DNA of 64,000 nucleotides from Anthoceros angustus (Eukaryota; Plantae; Anthocerotophyta): NCBI GenBank assembly GCA_010909165.1, contig VJWM01000126.1, positions 1 to 64,000 of the forward strand, read 5' to 3'. Shown piece by piece: positions 50,460 to 60,800 of this stretch (position 1 is its first letter; each line of letters starts with the position of its first letter). The notes under the pieces were generated by a model. It saw only the letters and a program-made list of their open reading frames with translations, ran no database searches and was not told where the DNA came from. The position numbers and the translations under genes were made by a program.

Positions 50460-52168
50460 ATGGAATCAGAGAACGGCAGCAATAACGATTTACAAATCCA
50501 AGAAGGTACTTGATTGCTCACATATTTTCGTATTTTGATTCGTTCTATGATTCCTTACTTACTTCTACTTTTCCTAATACTTGTTGCACAACCCCCTGCA
50601 GACAGCAACTACAGGATGCCACCCTGTGAGCGCAACTCTGACAAATTACTACCCACCCATGGGGATCCAGGATATGCCGCGAACGAAAAGTTTGAACCAC
50701 CACTGCTGGAGATAAGGAAAATCGTAGAAAAAGGTATTCAGGAAAAATGATTGCAGTTAGTCATGTATTTTCTCGTTGGTCAGAGTCTAACAAAACCCGT
50801 GGGTTGCAGTCCTCTGCGAGCACACAATGTTCTCTGTCATGGACAAACAAGACCTCAAGCATCTTTGCGAGATGCACGATTGAATAAGATAAAGAAGGTA
50901 AGCACTTTTCTTTAATTCATCTAATTATGCTCAATTTTAAAATCTTAACACTAAATTTATCTCGCAGGATATCAAAAGAACCTTGAACAACAATTGAGCC
51001 GGAAACGCATACACTTGTGGAAAGGTTTAATGGACACCGATTTTCAATGCAAACAATGTTGGAGGGATATCAAAGTTCAATCCAGCAATCGAGGTAATCT
51101 AAAATTAATTCATACCTTTTTGTCTTCACATTTGCTCATAACATGGGGATTCTGAATCGCCGGAAAACAAGTCTGCAAAAACATAAAGGACAAAGTCGAT
51201 AAGATTGACAACAACATTGACAACGCAGCCATCTCCAATCGTATACAAAATGTTAGGTATATAATGTGCATTAATATGATTTTGGTTTAAGAAATTAATG
51301 ATTTTGGTTTTGATCGGGCAAAAAGAGAAAAATTGATGACTTGAGGAGGATGGACCAACTTACGGGCCACTTGAGTTCACCGAGTTTGGAAAGTGGATGA
51401 GCAATTTTCAATATCCACCACTTTTCAAGACTTTAAAGATAAGTATTCGCACTTTGGGAGCATAGTCTAAAAGAGCAAGTACCCATCTTGAATGAAGATG
51501 GGTCCAACCCAACATTCGAAAGCAAAGATGCATAAATCCAAGCAAGTAAGCTGCGATAACTTCTCTTTTTTACTATTATTTTCATTACATATAATTTAAT
51601 GTATTCTAATTCTGTACGCATTGAATGCAGAGATAGGGGCAGCAATTGAAAATAAGGAGTTGAAAACGACAGACTTGTTGTCTCTCATGGAAGAACCAGA
51701 GACAACTAAAAACATTCAAAAGGTACATCGTTTGAAAGGTAATATCTGCTTGCATTCCAAAAAAAATTCTAATGTTTATGTTTCTTCAGAACATACGATC
51801 ACATTTCCGCAGTGTGGGGAATCTTCACAGCACGTGTTTAACGCTTGTCGAAAAGGTATATGCAAAGAAAGATCTTCTCCGAATTGAAATGGAGGTAAAT
51901 GACTAATTACTTTTACTTTTGTTTGTAGTTATCGGAGAATCAAAGCGAGTTGTTTTCACTCTTTGAGGTGAGTACTAAAGTTAAAAATAGATAAGTTTTA
52001 TATATGAATTCGACAATGGTTTAAATTGCGAAATATTCTCGCTTGGATGAAATATTTGAAATGATAATACATTTATCTGGACCATACAATCAGCAGCTCA
52101 AAAGTACTATTCAAGAGACGGACGACGAACCATATTACACTCCATCTACTCCAATAGAATATGTGTGA
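50460..52168 (+). CDS. Gene 2 of copy B
   Basis: Same exons as in copy A; ATG at 50460, TGA at 52166-52168. Confidence 0.7.
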
Positions 52169-52503
52169 TTTAACCAAAAAATATTTTGATTAGAGCCTAA
52201 TTACGGCGTGGCGATGATAATCCTTTTATTGTGTAAAAGGATTGAAAACGAAATGATAATCCTTTTATTGTGTAAAAGGATTGAAAACGAAATGACATAT
52301 AAGCCGGGTGGTATAGGCACCGGTCTAAACAAGATCACGGACCTCGGCTCCTCGATGCTGCGGTCGAGTTAGGCGCGTCGGCCCCGGACTCGGCCGCTCC
52401 CTTACGCCGAGGCAGACGGCGTCGGGCGCCACGGCCTAGAACGGTCTCGGCCTCACGGCCTCGGCCGTTCTCGGCCGTGACGCCCTCCCGCGCGTCAGTT
52501 CTA

Positions 52504-55260
52504 ACTACATCTTCGTCCGAGTCATAAGTTTCTGCCGACGCACATGTGTCCTTGTTTATGCTTACGCTCATAGCCAGCTGCTCTTGCAGCCGCTGCACCT
52601 CACCAAGCAGTGCCTTCCGAGTGTAGCTCGCACCCGATTTCTGCTTGTCCATTGCTCGATCTCCTAGGCCCTTGGGCTTGAGTTCAGGATGGGCTTGCCA
52701 GCAAGCAGCTTCCGTATGTCCGGTTTTACCACATGCCCTGCAAGCTTCTTTCTCCTTTGACCCACCAACACGATGCTCACACTCTACGCCTTGTGCGGCC
52801 CCTTGCATCGTAAACACTTTACGGATGTCTTGAAGCTTACGGTGAGCCACTTGATCCTTTGATGGCGGCTCTGCGTTGAGCGTTCACCGCACATGCTCGC
52901 GATAATGTGACTTCGGCTGCTTCTAATGTTCAAGTCTGGTGTGACCTCGATCACATTGTGCTCCTCCCGATGGCATTGGTGTGACATCTCCCTTCATAAC
53001 TCTTTCGGCCATCTCGTACGCTGCTCCAACTCATAATCGCCCCATGTAGCATATGCGAGAAAGTTGGCGATCACCCTCCTCTGTCTTCCTGGCGGTGACA
53101 ATGTATATTTATTTGCCTCCCTCATAGTCTTCACCTTGGTGTCTTTCACCATGCCTCAACCGTAGATGTCACGGATCTTAGAGGCTCATTCGGCTTGATC
53201 ACAAACTTTGACAACTCTTGGATTTTCTCAATGGAAGATCTGGGAACATCTCACCAAACTTGGAACATCTCGTCCACCAAATAAGTGATGACCTCGGATT
53301 GCGATGAACCCGATGATCACGGTTCTTCATCATCGACCTTGGAGCCTTTCCTTGCCCGCTTCATTCGCGGCGACATGTGTGCATCTGCGGTATCTTTTCT
53401 TTGCGATCACGATAGCGAGTTAAAGCTTCACCTAGAACGGTCTCGGCCTCACGGCCTCGACCGTTCTCGGCCGTGACGCCTCCGCGTCTGTTCTAATACA
53501 AACACATCTTCGTCCGAGTCATAGGTTTACGCACATGAGTCCTTGTTTATGCTCACGCTCATAGCCAGGCCTTGCACCACCGTGCACCTCACTAAGCGTG
53601 CTTTCCGAGTGTAGCTCGCACCCTGCTTGTCCATTGCTCGGTCTCCTAGGCCCTTGGGTTTGAGTTCGAGGATGGGCTTGCCGAAGCGGCTTCCGTATGT
53701 CCGGTTTTACCACATGCCCCGCACGCCTCTTTCTCCTTTGACCCACCAACACGATGCTCACATTCATACGCCTTGTGCGGCCCCTTGCACCGCAAACACT
53801 TTACGGATGTCTTGAAGCTTACAGCGCTATGAGCCACTTGATCCTTTGATGGCGGCTCTGCGTTGAGCGTTCACCTGCACATGCTCGCGATAATGTGACT
53901 TCCCAGGCTGCTTCTGAATGTTCGAAGTGCTGGTGTGACCTCTGATCACATTGTGCTCCTCCCAGTAAGCATTGGTGACAGCATCTCCCTTCATAACTCT
54001 TTCGGCCATCTCGTACGCCTGCTCCAACTCATAATCTGCCCCGTGTAGCATATGCAGAAAGTTGGCGATCACCCTCCTCTGTCTTCCTGGCAGTGCAGCA
54101 ATGTATATTTGCGCTGCCTCCCTCATGGTCTTCACCTTGGTGTCTTTCACCAGCTGCCTCAACCGTAGATATGCAGATCTTAGAGGCTCATTCGGCTTGA
54201 TCACAAACTTTGACAACTCTTGGATTTTCTCAATGGAAGATACTGGGAACATCTCACCAAACTTGACGAACATCTCGTCCACCAAATAAGTGATGACCTC
54301 GGATTGCGATGAACCCGATGATCCCGGTTCTTCATCATCGACCTTGAGCCTTTCCTTGCCCGCTTCATTCGCGGCGACATGTGTGCATCTGCGGTATCTT
54401 TTCTTTGCGATCACGATAGCGAGTTAAAGCTTCACCGGCTAGAAACGTGCTCATCTTTCGAGTGCCATCTCCGGTGTGAACTCGGACTTGTATTTGAGCA
54501 CCATCTCATCAATCGCCCATCGAACTTCTCTTCAAAGTCGCAAGAGACATACTACCGTGTCTACCGTGAACACATCATTTTTTGGTGGTTCATAATCCAT
54601 CCCGGCGCCACCACGATTTTCTTCAAAGTCAATGGATCTGATAGGAGTGTGACTCCACTCAAACTGACCACTTGTCCTACGGACCGAAGGAAGCTGTGCC
54701 CCGGGATTGTAAGCTTCCGTTGTCGGTGTGCTTTCGTTCGTCCACCCTGACCGTAACAACACCATCACTATCAATCCCTCCCCCTGCGAGAGACTATGTA
54801 AGGCATTCCGTCAAAGTTGGTGTCAGTTCCTTCCCGCGTCCAGTCCGCCAACCATGCCAGCTTGTCAATCACCTCACTCGAGGCGTTGCCAAAAATCGCT
54901 TCCGGCTCCACCGGATCGGCCCACTCGAATGGATGCACGCATAAAGCAGTAGTGAATAATCCAAGGTGTTTTCTCGGCTTTACCATGGACTTATCTGTGT
55001 CGTTCACCGGCTTGGGGTCACTGATTCAGCTTCCTCTTCTCCGTCTTCTGCTCGAATCTCGGGCCCCTCTCTCGGACCCTTCGAGTCGCGTTGCTACCTT
55101 GTGTGGCTTCACCAGCATGCGGATTGTTGATGTGCAAAATTTACTGGCTTGGGATGGTTGTCCTCTGCACACACCACAGCTGAAGCATCACAAGGTGCTC
55201 GAAAAAGTGCTTGGGATCTGTCTGGCTGTTCTATTGAATCGGACATCAACAATCCGCCCT
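52504..55260 (-). pseudogene. gag: Ty3/gypsy gag 5' part with a tandem duplication of about 1 kb (52436-53431)
   Basis: EVITYLVDEMFVKFGEMFPVSSIEKIQELSKF..; knuckles CLRCKGPHKAYEC and CRACGKTGHTEAAC. Confidence 0.75.
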
Positions 55261-55531
55261 CAATGACGGATTGCTGGCCTTTGTAGCCTACACCGCCGCC
55301 GATCTTAATTACTGGCCCGAATTCCGAAGCGCCGTGATCACACCCGCACATGTCGGGAGATCTTCGCCGCCGAGCCGTAATTGCGCTTGACCGTATTCTG
55401 CTTGTATGGTCCACATAACCACGACACCATCCTATTTCCATACCCATGCCACTCATCATGCCACCACACACATAGCACACGCACACCATCACACTCAGAT
55501 TCTTATCTACCTCTTTCTACCACTGCGTGCC

Positions 55532-56620
55532 ATGACAGCCACCACCTTTGAGAATTTCTTCGGGGTAAAAGCCACAATGGAGAATTTCTCAAACCCCTTC
55601 TGCATGATACCGATGGCAGTTGATTACTTCTTGAAACTAGCGCGTGAAAATGCCACGGGTGCTACCAACATGCAAACAAAGGCCATTTGCATCTCACCCA
55701 GATAACCGTACCACGGTTGCCATAAAAGTGATAGTGGGTGGGCGAGAGGTCCACGGGTTGTCGGTCGGAAGGTCGATCGGGATGTCGTCATGCTATGTTA
55801 TCCCTCCACTGCCGAGAGGGGAGGGTAGTTGCTGCTCGGTTACCTGCCTCACGCATGCGCAGTCCCCCCACTCTAATAAGCGTCAGAGCTCATCCCTCCG
55901 AAGGGGTTTGTCACCCAACTCCCAACTTGGTTTGGGCACGTCACCGACACAACAAGATCAACCCGAGCCGGCAGACCGCCCAAGTCCACTAGCCCCCGCT
56001 TGGGTCATAGAAGGGCGCTCACCCCTTCCAGCTGCTGCCGAAGGTGAGAAAAATTTGTTATACCCTGCCCTTTACTTTTGGAAAAACACTATGGGTTATA
56101 TCTGCAAAATCATTGCACTTCCCTTCCCCACGCGCCGACTTTCGTGAGCGTGTTGTTCCCTTTCACAGGCAGCCGGACCCTGATGAGCTTAGGTTCATGA
56201 AAGATCATGTTATCGAAATGGGTACCACTTTCCTTCTCGCTGAGAAGCCATGGATGGGTCCCGACTTCGCCATTATATCCGTGTGGTGGAATTGTTGTGA
56301 ATTCCACCACAAGCTTGGTGGAATTCACAACAGAGTGAGTACGGCAAGAGGTGAAGCATGGTGAGTGCCAGCAATCACAAAACCTACCTTTCTCGAATCT
56401 CAGCAAGAACTGACATTATCAGCAGGCACAAGAGTAGCAACTTTACTGGCTTTGCACATTCTAGTCAAGCTCGTAGCTAGAAACAAGTATTCAAGTCCAC
56501 AGACACGTCTGGACAGAAGGCCAATGTCAGCAAACCTGTCTACCTTTATTCATAGCTACCTTGATCAACCAGCTTTCCTCTGTACTAAAAACCAGTATGT
56601 ACCAAGACTAGCTAGAAGAA
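55532..56620 (+). CDS. ORF-X copy 2 (unknown protein)
   Basis: Near-continuous frameshifted reading MTATTFENF..LYPALYFWKNTMGYICKIIALPFPRADFRERVVPFHRQPDPDELRFMKDHVIEMG..; duplicate of 2526-3560. Confidence 0.4.
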
Positions 56621-56767
56621 GCAACAGGCAGCTATAGAGGACAAGGTGAAATTTTCTTTTCTTTTAATTTCTCCCGTTTGTTGCATGCTCCCTCGCGTGT
56701 CCACTCTTGTCGCTTGCCTCTTCTTTCCTGGCCCAAATTGGAAATTGGAACAGCAGCAGCAGCACTA

Positions 56768-57675
56768 TTAGCGCACAGACGAGACCATTGTTCCGGTGAT
56801 CGGGACTCTGCAAACAGGGCAATCACCCATCCGCTGCGTGCAGGAGTTGCAATACAGGAAATGACGGCAAGGTAAGATGACGGTGTCCTGGCCTGCTCCC
56901 AGCAGATCGTGCACATAATCTTCTCCTGCTCTTCCTCCAGGTACTCACGCATCTCGTTCCTGTCTGACTCAAGGAAGGCGACAGCTGCCCGCAACCAAGA
57001 GTTCTCCTCCAGCAGCCTCCACAATTTGGTACAGACAGCCAAATCCCTTGTCGCCCTCACCGCATCCCAGGCCTCCTTCTCCTCCTCCAATCTCTGCAGC
57101 TCGGCAGCGAAAGCCGCATCCGGATCCGTTGCCTCCATGTCCTCCGTCATCTTCCGCCGCTTGGGCTGCTCTCTCTCTTTCCCCTCCTCCACTTCCGTGG
57201 GTCCCGCCCGCGTTCCAGAGCCTTCTGGACGCTCAATCTCTTCACGCTCTCTAATAAGCTCACGCTCCCTGCGCTCGGTGCGGATGAGTCGGAGATTGGT
57301 CTGCTGTTGGTTCTTGGTCAGTGTGTACAACGCTTTGTGTTTGTTTGCACCCGCTTTGGGTTCGTTTCTGACACAGCTTGTCACTTCTTCCTCCACGCAA
57401 AGCAGAAGTTCTGTCTTCGCGTCAAGCAGAACTTCTTCCTCCTCCAGGCTTTCCAGCAGCTCCTCGTAGGACAAGAGCTCAAGGGACGCAGCCAGGTTCC
57501 TCCGCCTGTCGTCACGCTTTGTCCGTTCGTTGCGGATCGATTGCAGCCTGTGCGTGGCCTGTTGAGAATTTCTGCCGCTGCACAACTTTTCGTGCTCCTC
57601 GAACTCCTCCTCCAGCTCGTCGTCGCTCAGCAGCATTAGATCGTCGGCCAGGTTACCCTCCTTCTCACCCGCCAT
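56768..57675 (-). CDS. Coiled-coil/RING E3-like gene, second copy of paralogue 1
   Basis: The ORF track gives 347 aa MAGEKEG.. with a frameshift inside the RING; the corrected stop is TAA at 56768-56770. Confidence 0.8.
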
Positions 57676-57869
57676 GTTAGAAAGCGATTATTCACGAGTT
57701 CGATGCGTTAGAAATGGTGTGCTATCCATACATATATAGCCTTTGGCCTTGTCATACTCTCGATAGTATGAAACCCTATCTCGCTCCTGGATAATCCTAT
57801 ATACTTCTAGGACTTATACTCATAACTCTAATATGTGATGTGTTGCACCAATCCTATAGATTTCTAACA
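57675..57869 (-). mobile_element. 3' LTR of copia element 2 (duplicated at 59416-59611)
   Basis: TGTTAGAAA...TTTCTAACA 9-bp terminal inverted repeat; PPT (plus-strand CTCCCACTCAA) adjoins it. Confidence 0.9.
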
Positions 57870-60800
57870 CTCCCACTCAACACATCGCTACTCTTTTAAG
57901 CCTAACATCTTGCTAAACTTAACGTGCTTCTCTAAAGTCAACCCTTTGGTCAAAACATCTGCAGGCATGTCCGCAGTGGGACAATACGCTAGCTCTATCT
58001 CCTTGGATTGAACTTTCTCCCTGATGAAGTGATGCTTTACTTCAATGTGTTTCGTCCTCGCGTGAAAAGTAGCATTCTTTGCTAAGTAAATGCAACCTTG
58101 ATTGTCGTTGAAGATGGTTGTTGCACCCTTCTGCTTAAATCCCATTTCTTCGAGCAATCGTCGTAGCCATATTGCTTCCATTGTTGTAGCAGATATTGCC
58201 ATGTACTCCGCTTCTGTAGAGGACAAAGCCACGAGGGTCGACGCCTACTACTCCATGAAATGGCTCCCCAAATAGCATAAACATATCCTGGTAGACTTGC
58301 CATCGACATCTCCAACCAATCAATCACAAAATCCAACCACCGGCGTCTTCATGTCGATCCTTTTGGTATTTCAACTTCCAATGTTTTGTGCCGCAAGTAT
58401 CTAAATATCCTCTTCTGAAGGTTTCCATTGTCTCGTTGATCTTCTTCTATCTTCTCTTTCTCCTTTTAGGTTGTAGGGCTCATCTCCTGCGATAGCTTCT
58501 CATTGAAGATCATTGGCGTCTTCATGGGTTTGCAATCTTGCATGCAAACGCTCCAATATGGTCTCCACATATGTTTGTTGGCTCAAGAGATCTATTTGTT
58601 GGCCCTATTCCTTTCCACCTTTATTCCTAGGGAATAATGGAGCTCATCCAAATATCTCATGTCAAAGCTTGCATTAAGGCTTTGCTTTACTGAGTCTAAG
58701 AGTTCCATGTCATTGCTAACAATAATCAAATCGTCCACATAGACAGCAATGATAATTATGGATTCTCCCACTCTCTTCACATAAATATTCCAATCGATTG
58801 GTTTTCTTGAAACCTCTAGACTGGAAAAACACATCAACCTTACGATACCAAGCAAGGGCCGATTGCTTAAGACCATACAGAGCCTTTAGCAGCCTACATA
58901 CCTCTCCCTCGCGTCCTGGTATTTCGTATCCCTCTGGTTGGTCCATGTAGATCTCTTCATCCAAATCTCCATTCAGGAAAGCAGTCAAAACATCCATATG
59001 ATGTATCTCCATGTCGAAAGCGGCTGCGATAGCTAGGAGAGCTCGGATAGATGCTATCTTAGCGACAGGGGAGAAGGTGTCAGTATAATCCACGCCTGGG
59101 ACTTGCCACCAGCCTGGCCTTGTAGCGCTCTATGCTTTCATCAGCCTTGCGCTTAATCTTGAATGTCCATTTGGATCCTATGCTCTTCCTTCCGTGAGGT
59201 AGAGGAGTGATTGCCCAAGTTTTGTTCTTGAGAAGAGAGTTATACTGTCACGCTTTGTCCGTTCGTTGCGGATCGATTGCAGCCTGTGCGTAACTGTTGA
59301 GAATTCGTCTCACAGTGCCGCACAACTTTTTCGTGCTCCTCGAACTCCTCCTCCAGCTCGTCGTCGCTCAGCAGCATTAGATCGTCAGCCAGGTTACCCT
59401 CCTTCTCACCCGCCATGTTAGAAAACAGTTATTCACAGGTTCAGTACGTTAGAAATGGTGTGCTATCCATACATATATAGCCTTTGGCCTTGTCATACTC
59501 TCGATAGTATGAAACCCTATCTCGCTCCTGGGATAATCCTAAATACTTATAGGACTTATACTCATAACTCTATTATGTGATGTGTTGCACCAATCCTATA
59601 GATTTCTAACACTCCCACTCAACACATCAGTGCTACTCTTTTAAGCCTAACATCTTGCTAAACTTACCGTGCTTCTCTAAAGTCAACCCTTTGGTCAAAA
59701 CATATGCAGTCATGTCCACAGTGGGACAATACGCTAGCTCTATCTCCTTGGATTGAACTTTCTCTCACGATGAAGTGATGCTTTACTTCAATGTGTTTCG
59801 TCCTGCGTGAAAAGTAGCATTCTTTGCTAAGTAAATGCAACCTTGATTGTCGTTGAAGATGGTTGTTGCACCCTTCCGCTTAAATCCCATTTCTTGAGCA
59901 ATCGTCGTAGCCATATTGCTTCCATTGTTGCAGTGAGATTGCCATGTACTCCGCTCAGAGGACAAAGCCACGAGGGTCGACGCCTACTACTCCATGAAAT
60001 GGCTCCCCCAAATAGCATAAACACATATCCTGTGGTAGACTTGCGGCCATCGACATCTCCAACCCAATCTGAATCACAAAATCCAACCACCTGGGCGTCT
60101 TCATGTCGATCCTTTTGGTATTTCAACTTCCAATGTTTTGTGCCGCGCAAGTATCTAAATATCCTCTTCACTGCTTGATAGAGAGTCTTATCGATCTTCT
60201 CTTTCTCCTTTTCAGTTGTAGGGCTCATCTCCTGCGATAGCTTCTCATTGAAGATCATTGGCGTCTTCATGGGTTTGCAATCTTGCATGCCGAAACGCTC
60301 CAATATGGTCTCCACATATGTTTGTTGGCTCAAAGAGATGCTTTGTTAGCCCTATTCCTTTCCACCTTTATTCCTAGGGAATAGTGGAGCTCACCCAAAT
60401 CTCTCATGTCAAAGCTTGCATTAAGGCTTTGCTTTCGAGTCTAAGAGTTCCATGTCATTGCTAGCAATAATCAAATCGTCCACATAGACAGCAATGATAA
60501 TTATGGATTCTCCCACTCTCTTCACATAGATATTCCAATCAGCATTGGTTTTCTTGAAACCTCTAGACTGGAAAAACACATCAACCTTACGATACCAAGC
60601 AAGGACAGATTGCTTAAGACCATACAGAGCCTTTAGCAGCCTACATACCTCTCCCTCGCGTCCTGGTATTTCGTATCCCTCTGCTGGTCCATGTAGATCT
60701 CTTCATCCAGATCTCCATTCAGGAACGCAAACATCCATATGATGTATCTCCATGTCGAAAGCGGCTAGCTAGGAGAGCTCGGATAGATGCTATCTTAGCG

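Larger units (their letters stand above)
40871..52503 (-). mobile_element. Large Crypton-like element, copy B (11.6 kb), inverted relative to A
   Basis: Reverse-complement homology to A at both ends and across both genes. Inserted in gag. The right flank is ATACAA in the cleaner duplicates (668, 53496); the left flank ATCAA (40866-40870) is ambiguous. Confidence 0.85.
51814..57675. repeat. Segmental direct duplicate of 1-4612
   Basis: Collinear element end, gag, ORF-X and RING gene. The copies diverge exactly at the RING ATG, where only this copy has the copia insertion. Confidence 0.9.

Noticed and set aside
23512-52503. Fold-back read chimera as the explanation for the giant inverted repeat
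   Set aside because: The spacer is unique pol sequence collinear with both outer flanks, copy A has its own 6-bp duplication, and the arm interiors differ.
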